From assembly GCA_002633005.1 (NCBI GenBank), contig NMRA01000246.1, positions 487,856 to 551,855 on the forward strand: DNA of 64,000 nucleotides. Reading direction: 5' to 3'. The translations under genes were made by a program, and so were the position numbers. Every line of letters begins with the position of its first letter. Positions within the stretch are counted from its first letter, which is position 1. Of the stretch, positions 43,701 through 52,100 are shown piece by piece. The stretch comes from Phoronis australis. Taxonomy: Eukaryota; Animalia; Phoronida. Under the pieces are notes generated by a model. That model was not told the origin of the DNA and ran no database searches. It saw only the letters and a program-made list of their open reading frames with translations.

Positions 43701-46231
43701 TTTTTTTGGCAAATTATGTCTTACACAGATTAAAACATTAAAGTCACATTGTAACTAGTACCTTTTGCACACAGAATGAGGGTTAACTGGCCACTTTTAC
43801 ACACCGTTACAGCCAGGTTAAGTGAATAACAATCTAAAACTTGATTTTCTTGGGTAATTCCCCACCTTATGTAACAATGAAAAGTATGTCGTCGTCTTGA
43901 AAACAATATGCTCGTGTCATGCACACGCGCCATTTCTTAACACCAAAATTTGGTCTGATATTCAGTTTGCTGGCATCAAAATTCCAAAAATTTATAATGA
44001 AGTAAAACCAGTTCGGATAATTTGTTGTAACCTTGTGAAAGAACAGTTACCAGACAGTACAGTTGATTGAACAATCAGCGAAAAACGAAACTGGCCAATA
44101 GGTGACGCACTATTTCATGGTGCCAAAAGCTGACGCAAAAGATCATACTACAATTATAACAGCAAAAATAACGGCAGAATGCCAATTTTTTCAAAATTGG
44201 CAAAAAATTAGTTCACTGACAAGGAAGAGTGTACTTTTTTTAATGACACTTTTGAGTCAGATTTTATCTGTTCCATTTTTTTACCTACATCAGGGCAAAG
44301 CTGTACGTCTACTGAGTCTACTGGCTCAAGGAGCTACACTGTCTCTAATGAGCCAGCTGGAGGTAGGGAGGACAATCAAAAAGTAGGTCACGGTGCTCCA
44401 TATCTGCCTCCGTGTAAAACCCACGTTGGTAAATTACCCGATTTCAGACTTCAAAGTTAACTATAAGACAATTTTTATTATAAATCGTTACCTTAGTCTT
44501 TATTTGTAAGTTTGTAATCTTTTTGTCTCAAATTATCGCTGATAAATCATTTTTGTAAGCTTTTTTTAGCGCACGATTTTCCACCATGCGAACAACTTTC
44601 AAAAAAGTACCTCTTGTTCTTCCTAATAAATCCAAAAGAGCACTACACTCTCAATACAAATATGAAATTTGGACAGGATGTAGTTTAGATGTGTGCGCAT
44701 CTCATCAAGTTGTTTTCTCGAAGTCAAGGCCAAGTTTTCATGGCGAGTTTTCGATCGTCCGGAAGGCCTAATTTTGGTTGGTCGGGAGATTGATGTTTTT
44801 CCAGTTGCGCAACATGCCCCCCGATTTTTAGATGAGAAATTTATCACTCTTTTAATTGGTAATTATTTCATTTTCATAAATTCTGTCAAACTGCTGCGCA
44901 TTGGCACTTTTCAAACAGCAGTCGTTAGTTCACTAAATCGCCGCATGTGAGCGCCACCAGCGGCTACATTGAAGTTCAATGGCATCGCAACTTCACCGTT
45001 CGAAATAAAGTTGTTACAAAGTTTTTGTTGCGTAAATGATGAAATCCTTCACGTTAAGAGTGATTTGTTTTCCCAAATGGTCTTTTGTCTACTTTCTGAT
45101 GTTTTTGCCATATGATCTAATAGTACATGGGTGGCACTCAGCACTGAAAAAAGTGGGGGGAGCTATAGCCTCCCCCAGCCCCGTCACTGTCAGGCAATGA
45201 TGTGTTGCCCATGTAGTAGTGTTCAGGGGCAGATCTAGGATTTTTAGATAGGAGGGGGGGCAGGGCAGAGTATTATGCAGGACCTTACCCGTAAGATATT
45301 TGCACCCTCAAACTGCCAAATGAAATCTGGGAGTCAGTTTAGGGGGGGCACGGGCTGGCCCCCTTGCCCCCCCAAAATCCACCAATGTTATCTTGTAATT
45401 TGATGTGAAATTTCCTCCTAGCTCAGATGTATTTATTTCTGAGCTGATGTGGTGTCTTTGCTCTTTACCTTTTAAACTGTGTAATCCATTGTTTTCATCA
45501 AACATGATGAGCCTGTTCTATGCTAACAATACACTTAAACAGCAATATCTCTGTAGAAATCGATCCAAATTTTATGTAATACACACCACCATTTTTGACA
45601 CAATGCGACAAATCTTTTTATATGCAGCACATGTATATTTTTTTATTTTTTACAAAATTTTATAAAAAGGAAGATATTTATTTTACGCATAATCGTTGCG
45701 TTTCAACGGCCATTTTCTCGTTAACAGCGCTCATCCAATTTTTCTGATTTTTGCACCATTTCATTTCTCACACCAAGGGCTTTTCAAAAATGTATGACAC
45801 ATGGGTATTGCAAAAAAAATTAAGAAAAACACGTTGTCCTCCCTACTGGAGGCGGTGGTCCCAGACACTGTCTATATATCCAGTATGCTAAATGTAACAC
45901 ATTAGAAACAGTCCGTTCCCAATTTCCACTCACCTAAGCATATATCTGATTAGTGCCGAAATCTTCACTGTTGGAAACCGCACATTTTTGTTCTTGTGTT
46001 CGTTCAACAACGAAATTTGATGAACGAACGCAGACGAAACACGAGGAAGTAACATTTGAGCAGGGCTTTGGTCGCATTCTTCTGACTATGATGGTTTGAA
46101 ATGTAAAGCATTGTACTTTGTGTAACAATACTACTTACTAGCATGTTTTGTGAAGGCAAAGGCTCATTAAGGGCAGCCGCAACGCCGTTTATTTCTGGAG
46201 GAGGCGGTGGTGGAGGCGGAGGAGGCGCCAT
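10639..46231 (-). CDS. WASHC2: WASH complex subunit 2 (FAM21), 31 reconstructed coding exons, ~1507 aa
   Basis: N-terminal head ([88 protein letters not shown]), many LF+acidic (LFa) motifs, CPI motif ([20 protein letters not shown]) and C-terminal SIFDDPLNA. All GT-AG junctions are phase-consistent. Confidence 0.95.
11160..11337 (-). CDS. WASHC2: WASHC2 exon 30
   Basis: [28 protein letters not shown]. Confidence 0.92.
12344..12955 (-). CDS. WASHC2: WASHC2 exon 29
   Basis: [17 protein letters not shown] (second half of CPI) and several DLF motifs. Confidence 0.92.
13446..13571 (-). CDS. WASHC2: WASHC2 exon 28
   Basis: [29 protein letters not shown]. Confidence 0.92.
14071..14315 (-). CDS. 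WASHC2: WASHC2 exon 27
   Basis: [22 protein letters not shown]. Confidence 0.85.
15741..16152 (-). CDS. WASHC2: WASHC2 exon 26
   Basis: Internal DLFGSPSPK(E/D)DLFSSNPKR repeats and [10 protein letters not shown]; an alternative same-phase donor would end the exon at 15732. Confidence 0.85.
16341..16427 (-). CDS. WASHC2: WASHC2 exon 25
   Basis: [16 protein letters not shown]. Confidence 0.82.
16867..16989 (-). CDS. WASHC2: WASHC2 exon 24
   Basis: [23 protein letters not shown]. Confidence 0.9.
17068..17177. mobile_element. Small hairpin MITE with 8-bp TSD
   Basis: ~40-bp imperfect inverted arms (tagtcacccacaggggt..gagaacca / tggttctc..accccagtgagtgacta); flanks GAAATGAC / AAAATGAC. Confidence 0.6.
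17365..17490 (-). CDS. WASHC2: WASHC2 exon 23
   Basis: [21 protein letters not shown]. Confidence 0.88.
18414..18507 (-). CDS. WASHC2: WASHC2 exon 22
   Basis: [17 protein letters not shown]. Confidence 0.85.
19055..19320 (+). mobile_element. Possible decayed tRNA-derived SINE
   Basis: A-box-like TATGGCCTAGT..TTAAAGCA and B-box-like GTTGAAATCCC at the 5' end. Confidence 0.3.
19772..20027. repeat. 32-bp minisatellite x8 (TATCTGATGATATCACCAATAGGCATACATAA)
   Basis: Near-identical tandem units with no spacers. Confidence 0.95.
20065..20153 (-). CDS. WASHC2: WASHC2 exon 21
   Basis: [21 protein letters not shown]; acceptor is duplicated 47 nt upstream. Confidence 0.85.
20125..20219. repeat. 47-bp tandem duplication spanning the WASHC2 exon 21 acceptor
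   Basis: AGTGTCTTACTGGCAGCCCTTGCCTTACTCTGTAACATGATACT occurs twice. Confidence 0.9.
21242..21323 (-). CDS. WASHC2: WASHC2 exon 20
   Basis: [14 protein letters not shown]. Confidence 0.88.
21703..21902 (-). CDS. WASHC2: WASHC2 exon 19
   Basis: [16 protein letters not shown]. Confidence 0.85.
22317..24237. mobile_element. Non-autonomous Kolobok-type DNA transposon (1.9 kb) in a WASHC2 intron
   Basis: 16-bp TIR GGTAGGTG(T/G)ATACAC at both ends with TTAA on both flanks. Confidence 0.8.
24775..24867 (-). CDS. WASHC2: WASHC2 exon 18
   Basis: [21 protein letters not shown]. Confidence 0.85.
24938..25178 (-). mobile_element. MITE, copy B, flanked by CATTAT direct repeats
   Basis: Homologous to 5934-6172 in opposite orientation; CATTAT on both flanks. 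Confidence 0.7.
25592..25707 (-). CDS. WASHC2: WASHC2 exon 17
   Basis: [16 protein letters not shown]. Confidence 0.88.
26883..26997. repeat. ~55-60-bp tandem duplication, intronic
   Basis: TGCTATCTACTAA..AAATAACTCAAACCACAAACATTGACAGTTAGTAT(C/T)ACATGCA x2. Confidence 0.85.
27016..27105 (-). CDS. WASHC2: WASHC2 exon 16
   Basis: [17 protein letters not shown]. Confidence 0.88.
27802..27981 (-). CDS. WASHC2: WASHC2 exon 15
   Basis: [20 protein letters not shown]. Confidence 0.88.
28200..28262 (-). CDS. WASHC2: WASHC2 exon 14
   Basis: [20 protein letters not shown]. Confidence 0.85.
28700..29415 (-). mobile_element. Helentron-associated (HINE/DINE-1-like) non-autonomous element
   Basis: Terminal hairpin ATGCGTCCACATA..ATGTGGGCGCAT next to an A-run, GTCY-type microsatellite (cggacagacagacggacgg), and ~150-bp diverged tandem core units starting AAATTGCCACTAG. 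Confidence 0.65.
29511..29666. mobile_element. MITE with GGGCTCTG..TGAAA terminal inverted repeats
   Basis: ccgggctctgctttatgaaa ... tttcacgaaacagagccctg. Confidence 0.55.
30053..30158 (-). CDS. WASHC2: WASHC2 exon 13
   Basis: [12 protein letters not shown].. Confidence 0.85.
30338..30459 (-). CDS. WASHC2: WASHC2 exon 12
   Basis: [29 protein letters not shown]. Confidence 0.9.
30772..30873 (-). CDS. WASHC2: WASHC2 exon 11
   Basis: [22 protein letters not shown]..; phases fit. Confidence 0.8.
31171..31306 (-). CDS. WASHC2: WASHC2 exon 10
   Basis: [12 protein letters not shown] motif (cf. FADELAARI). Confidence 0.88.
32026..32106 (-). CDS. WASHC2: WASHC2 exon 9
   Basis: [14 protein letters not shown].. 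Confidence 0.85.
32198..32455. mobile_element. Related MITE
   Basis: ctggtgtctttttcatgaaac..ttaagac ... gtcttaag..tctcatgaaacagaccaag. Confidence 0.45.
32605..32691 (-). CDS. WASHC2: WASHC2 exon 8
   Basis: [19 protein letters not shown]..; GT-AG. Confidence 0.8.
33588..33691 (-). CDS. WASHC2: WASHC2 exon 7
   Basis: [16 protein letters not shown]..; GT-AG, phase fits. Confidence 0.85.
34079..34169 (-). CDS. WASHC2: WASHC2 exon 6
   Basis: [25 protein letters not shown]. Confidence 0.92.
35060..35415 (-). repeat. Diverged core units related to the HINE-like element at 28700-29415
   Basis: aaattgccgctagggg / aaactgtcactagagggtgccac..tctgaaaatc..caattttcataatgatcctt motifs are shared. Confidence 0.5.
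35499..35672 (-). CDS. WASHC2: WASHC2 exon 5
   Basis: [27 protein letters not shown]. Confidence 0.92.
38184..38246 (-). CDS. WASHC2: WASHC2 exon 4
   Basis: [21 protein letters not shown]. Confidence 0.9.
39293..39457 (-). CDS. WASHC2: WASHC2 exon 3
   Basis: [26 protein letters not shown]. Confidence 0.92.
39948..40079 (-). CDS. WASHC2: WASHC2 exon 2
   Basis: [30 protein letters not shown]. Confidence 0.92.
40204..41881. mobile_element. Kolobok-like element(s) bounded by TTAA and inverted ends, in WASHC2 intron 1
   Basis: TTAA-AGGAGAATGCCACCC at the left and GGGTGGCATGCTCCC-TTAA at the right; decayed THAP on + and [12 protein letters not shown] fragment on -. Confidence 0.65.
40383..40563 (+). 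pseudogene. Degenerate THAP zinc-finger fragment
   Basis: [20 protein letters not shown] /fs in T-run/ [24 protein letters not shown]. Confidence 0.65.
42204..42351. repeat. 21-bp minisatellite x7 (CTAAGTGTCCCGTGGCAGTTA)
   Basis: Near-identical tandem units. Confidence 0.95.
45224..45387. mobile_element. hAT-like MITE with G/C-run subterminal regions
   Basis: CAGGGGCAGATCTAGGATTTTT ... CCCCCCCAAAATCCACCAATG. Confidence 0.5.
46139..46231 (-). CDS. WASHC2: WASHC2 exon 1
   Basis: AAGATGGCG start; [20 protein letters not shown]; donor GTAAGT; phase 0 fits exon 2. Confidence 0.7.
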
Positions 46232-46249
46232 CTTGTAAGATCATGTGAC
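46226..46249 (-). promoter_or_regulatory. YY1-like AAGATGGCG over the WASHC2 ATG and adjacent M-box/CLEAR-like TCATGTGAC
   Basis: Motif match only, in a CpG-richer region at the gene start. Confidence 0.35.
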
Positions 46250-47837
46250 TACGTTCTTCAAATAATTTTAAAGAATCTTATTCTTACATGATGCTGTGCC
46301 ACTAAAACAAGTCAGTAGTATTTTGGTCTTTAGTAAGACATATAAATCTTCTTTGTGTTAAATTTAAGTACTATCAACAACGATATATAACTGAAAAAAT
46401 ATCAATGATAAACTGTTGTTTCAGGCATTCGTCGATGTATTTTCTGACACTAGGTAGCGCTAAAGTTTCTGCGGAGCATGCCAATCGTCGGTGAGGACGT
46501 GTTCTTGCTGAGAGGTTGGACTGAATAAGTGGCACTTTGAACTAAATATCACGCGTGCGTGAACTCATGCGATCTTGAAATTAAGCACTCTGCCTGACAA
46601 TGGAAATTCTCAGCCTGTCACTGATCATGACGGGCTTGAACTAAAAACNGGGGGCAAGCAGCCCCCCCCCCCCCGGCCCAGCCCCTAATGATGGTGCGCG
46701 CCGCCCATGCCTATGGGCGGTCCAGCACTAAAATAAGTTGGAGCTATAGCCCCTAGCCCCATGGTGCGCCGTCCATGCTATACCAAATACAGTGAGAGAA
46801 GAACACGATGGTCCTGCTGTGACTCTACTCAGTCGGACTGGGCCACTAGTTCAACCCACTGACTCCATGCGGAGTCGACCGACTATAGTCAAATCAGTGT
46901 AGTTCCGCAACCGCGGCAGCCGGGCTATAAGTTTAAGAAGTAAACCGGGATTACAGTCAGCTGGTCTAGGCAAAAGAAATCTGCACACCGACCAGGGGCA
47001 TGAGGTGAGTGCTATACTAAATTCTGCCTCCACCGATCGAGTCGGTTATTTTCCGCGACACGGAAAGTAATTAATTACACTTCAAAGCATAATTATTTGA
47101 AATAAGTGCCTATGATGGTTGATAAGTATGATGATTAATAAAATGAAGCCGATCTGTCCACCGGTCTCTGAAACCGGTAGGCTCGACGAAGAAAACACAA
47201 CCCGGTGCACCCCCGGCGGCCGGCGAAAGGGGAGGGTACCGAAATCAATGAAGCCAGCCACCATCAGTGCCTGCGCTGACTGGCTCAATACTGGCGCCTG
47301 TGCGAGATGTTTTTGTGTAACTTGGTTTGGCAGCCCATTTTCGTTCATGTGAGACACACTTTCGTAACTATAGTAGGAAAGACAACAGCCCTGTGACTAT
47401 AGTAACTCAGTCATGTGTTGACACCCTAGCCGGTCGAGATTCCGGGGCATTAACTCGATCGATTTGTGCACCACAACTAATTTTCTGCCGTTTCAGATCA
47501 AAGACACCGTGCTGTTGTGCTCATTCAAATCACCTCAGCTAGGCTCCTAATGTTGTCGAGCTGCACAGACATCCACTTAGTCTTTTTGCCTGTGACTTGA
47601 GATTGTGCTCTGGCAGTCAGAACGTTCTCCTGGGAGTTATGGGAGTCTTCAAGTGCCTACATGTAGATATAGTATCCTGTACCGATGTGGCAAGTGGTAG
47701 TTTGCACAGCATAGGTGCGTTTTTTTACGCCTGTTTTTTTGGAAAACATCTTCTGGAGTATCGGCCCGGCCGCCAGCCCTCCCCTAAATCGCGCCACTGC
47801 CGGCACCATCGCGTGGTCTGACTGTGTGAATGCTTAA

Positions 47838-48799
47838 ACAGTACACACCATGGATTTTTGCACATTTTGAATTACCGGTGGCCAAAGACTAAATGTATGA
47901 CGTAAAATTTAGCTAAACCCATGTTTATTTTGTGTAATTAGCTCGAAATTTTGATTTTTCTTTCAATTTTGCCAATTTTCACATTTCCTGCCATGTGACG
48001 CCATGGGTTGAACACAAGAGATCAGTGACTAGAATTGAACAATGGCGGATAGCAAGGAATTTGAAAGCGACGACGATTATGAGCAAGAATTGAACGAATA
48101 CTATGAAGAAACGTATCAGAATGGTGGTCAAGATGAGGAAATGGGGTTGCACGAAAGCGAGAATAAGTTTTATGTGCTTCAGGCAGCGTACTTTTCTACT
48201 TCGAGCCTTACGAACTGGATCCTCTCGCGAGAGCAGCGGCCTCGGGCTCGGCGAGTCAACCCAGTCATCCAACAGACGATCCTGAATTAAGAGCTGATGT
48301 TTCTGAATGATAAATATTGTCCCTTATTGAACCAGGCCTTCATCGTAACGTCTCCAGTGACTGGAGTCAAAATACGAGTCCTCAAAGTGGGCAGAACACA
48401 GAGTGGCCCCGGACCGAATCGCTTGGTCCACAATGACGTCCCACACTCTCGTTCGGCGCATGAAGCGATGCCACTTCTGCGCAACTTTGGAGTCCTTCGG
48501 AACACCGAGACGTTTACCGCCTGGCTGCTGTTGCTGCAGCCTCCGGAAACACACCTTTCGATCCCTCTACGAACCTTCTCGACGCTAAATGTACTTTGCT
48601 TTCTCTTCACTCTATACACTTTGTCTCTGATCCGAGCAGTATGGAGAACGACTTGGGTTCAACCCATGACGTTGTAGATAATTATTATTTTTTCAATTTT
48701 TGCGTGTTTCTTTATGAGCTGTGCACTAAAGGCACTGAAATCTAGTAAGATATAATAATAAAATTTATTTTGAGGTACTAGAGTCATGTTGTGTACACT
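47838..48799. mobile_element. Kolobok-like element (KolobokP solo-LDR-like) with decayed THAP (-) and acidic N-terminal fragment (+)
   Basis: TTAA at 47834-47837 and 48800-48803; imperfect TIRs ACAGTACACACCATG / AGTGTACACAACATG (12/15); convergent internal ORF fragments. Confidence 0.65.
48324..48580 (-). pseudogene. THAP zinc-finger fragment (transposase N-terminus), frameshifted
   Basis: RCVSGGCSNS..VSVF /fs/ PKDSKVAQKWHRFMRRTR..LCSAHFEDSYF: C2CH signature with conserved P, W and F. Confidence 0.8.
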
Positions 48800-48977
48800 T
48801 TAAGCAAGCTGCTCTGCCGTCCAGTGCAAAGGCGAGCAGCAAGTAAAGCTGCCAGAAAAGAAAATAAATAAAAAAAAAAACAAAAAAAACGGCAACGTCA
48901 AACGTTTCCTTTCTCAAACGGCAAGATTATTGAAGGTTCCTTTTAACAAACATACATGTAAACTAGACTTGAGAAGT

Positions 48978-48983
48978 TTTATT
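48978..48983 (-). terminator. Candidate polyadenylation signal of the dynein gene
   Basis: AATAAA on - strand ~140 nt after the stop, followed by a GT/T-rich stretch. Confidence 0.5.
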
Positions 48984-49122
48984 AAACAAACATTAGTTCC
49001 ACTTGTTATAATGAGGATGTGTGAGATTTGTTCACTTACACGAGAATACGTGAGCGAAATACATGCAATGTAAATATACACTATTGCTCTCGCGTGCGTA
49101 TGACCCCTAACCGGCCTGCGAT

Positions 49123-52100
49123 TTAGAAAACGCTGCAAAGGGCTGCAACACCTCTCATAATCCACTTATCTGCTGGTGCGCTGGTTCGTAATGTCAGGGC
49201 TGTGACAAACGTTGCATCGGTACGCGTGCGGTTCTTGTACAGCGGACAGGCATATGTTCTTCCGTCACGTGCCGGCGATCCATTTACGGCATAAATATGT
49301 ATGACTGGTAATCTCGTATATATAACTTTTGGTAGAGATTCCGTCAGCCTACCATTTTTCCTATCCCACGACGCTCCCTCTATGTACAAACCGTGGACAT
49401 ACACGCCTTCCATTGGCTCCTCACGAATGTCTTCTTTAGCTTGTCTGATAACATCGTTTTGCAAACTCACATTGTCTAGTGCCCAACCCTTGTGGCTTCT
49501 CGTTACTTCTTGCCTCATTGCCGTGAGGAATCCTTGAGGATTGAAGAAACCCGGTAGCCAGAAAGTTGATGGTTTTCCTTTCGCCAGCCAGGTTTGATAC
49601 TGTACATTCCTGTCTACTAACGTGGTGAACCAGAATCCAATTGACGAGGAAATCCAGGAAAGCCTCTCCCATGTGGCGGGAACTCGTGAATTAAACACGT
49701 TGTCAAGGGTGTCGCGTAAAACGCTGTCCATAATTGCTGTTCCATCTATGGCTAGCCTCAGGTCTTGCAGAGTGTTTCGAACTGCTTTCAACAGTTTTTG
49801 CATACGATCTATTTCTTGTTTGAGGAAAATGACTAGTGGTTGCGTGTTTCCCATTGTCTTCAAACGTTCCGACACATCATTCATTTCGTAAAGACTTGGC
49901 AGTTTCGACAGCATGTCTTCCGCGTGTTGGTAAACTATGGATTCTCTTGATTCTCCCGTCTCTGTTGGTTTGTCCTTTGGTTGAATATCAATGATCTTAT
50001 TCATTATTTCCGCAGTAGCTAAGGTCTGATGTGTTATATCAGCATTTGAGTGTAACCCAAAAACCCCAGGAGCTTCTTTTGCTGGAAGTTCATCAATGAA
50101 GTGCAGAACACGGGCGACGATATCCATTTTCTTTGGAATCGTATAACCCTCGTAAAAACAAAAATTATCCTTCAGCAGATGTTCGCCGAACCAGATTTTA
50201 ACAATGGTCATTAGGAGTCGCTTGTCGTAATTGTCTGTGACGCGACCACCGTATTGAACCTCTCCTATCATGTAACGAACCGTAGTCCAAGAGACACCTT
50301 TTCGGGGGTCAGTTTCGTCCACATGGTTTTGTAAGAAAGTCACTGAAGCTAACCAATCGGCGCTATTAAATTCGTAGGGAACATTCCAACCCAATGGACC
50401 GTATTTTCGCCTCTCTTGAATTGCACTGTGGAAGAAAGAGACAGCATAGAGCAGTGGACGCCAATGCAGTGCGTTTGTGTAATCCAGCAAGTCCTTGGTG
50501 ATGCCAGCAAAGGTTCTTTTCAAGCCTGCTTTGATCCCACATGGTGGTTCACTTGTAAACCTTATCGACATTTGCAACAATCCGATAGGGAAATCGGCGT
50601 GTTCCTCCGTTGTCATCCAAAGTCTAAAGTTGTGATTAATATTTGGTTCTTCTGAAATAGTTGTATGCAGTTCTTCCATAAAGTCTAAACTCAAGTGACA
50701 GTTTTGAAGCAGTATCCATCCACCGTCGGTCATGAATTTTTTCATCACCTTGCGTGCAAGAATTTCCTGCCCTTGCCCTAACGAAATTGCATGGTAGTCG
50801 AGGACAGTCTTTTTAGAAAGTTGTTGTATGTAATAACTTGGATCCGAACCAGTCGACAGTAAACACATTAGTGGTGTGGTACATGAGCTTTCGTCGAATG
50901 TCTTCTGAAGATCGAGAATGCCTGGGTCAATGTATCGCGATCCCAAAGAATTTTCGATATACGCCCTGGCTTGAGTTAATGTTCTGTCCTCACAAAAGGA
51001 ACGAATCAGTAGCAGCTTCCCGAATGAATCAAGATAAAGATCGAAATTTTCAGGTAATATCTCGTTTTCTGGGGCATCTTTTTCCGCCCATATGTGCCAT
51101 GCTTTTTCGTTTGCTGTTAGTTTGTTGATAAGTTCTTCAAAACCAGAAAGTTGAGCTAGGCGGAAAATATTTAACCAAGTGCGATTGGCAAGCCAGTTAA
51201 GAGGTTTCGATGGTACCACCCTTGCGTCCAATCCAGCACCCCCGTGTATTAGCACATCAAACTGGTCAGCCGAAATTCTGAAATTCTCCATGTCTATTTT
51301 CAACGCTAAAAGAAGCTGAAACAAAAATTTGTCCTTTTCATAAAGTCCCCTGCACGTGTACTTATACACACTATACGTTAGATATTCCCGTATATTGTGT
51401 GTACGTTGCACCGGCACCATAGATTTCCTAGATAGTCGCAACGCTTCGTCGAATAATTTTAAGAATTGATTGATTGAGGTCTGATACATATGATTTACCG
51501 TATTCATTTCGCAAATCAAGAAGTAAAGCAAGCTGCCACGCTTTGCAACCGGCCGAAATTCTTCCCTGGCGTCGTTTATTTTTGTTTCAGTTTCTGCTGC
51601 AACCACAAGTTTCTCGTGAACATCGTGTGCGGTTTTTCTAGTAGTTGAAAGTACTTCTATCAACGATTCGTCTTCAACAAGAGAACCCTCTGTGCTACTT
51701 AGTTTGTACAACATATTGTCTTCCAGGTCTTGCACACACTTGTCGTTTTTCGCAATATCTTTCAAAAGGTTTAGCCTGTGTGATTCCAAGTCTTTTTTCT
51801 CAGCAAGAATAACTCTGCTGAGTAGTTGTTCTTCCAAACCTTGTTGGGTAACAGTAAAATCTATGATGGTGGTTTTAGCGCTAGTTTCTGCGCTGTATGT
51901 CGGATTTGAAAGATTTGTACTTAAGTATAAGTAAAATCCTGGCAAAACATCACACTCTTTATCGCCTATCTTCACTCGGTTCATTGTTCCAATTTTTATG
52001 AAATTTTTTCTAAGTATATTATTCAATGCATGGTCCAGTTCATCATCAACATTTTCCAAGAGAATTGGACGCCCCAACGATAATGCATCCTCCAGAAAGT

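Noticed and set aside
46649-46649. Ambiguous base N near G/C runs
   Set aside because: Assembly or sequencing artefact in a MITE-like GC-run region.
48856-48889. A-rich tract as the retrocopy poly(A) relic
   Set aside because: It is poly(A) on the + strand, the wrong orientation for the - strand dynein.
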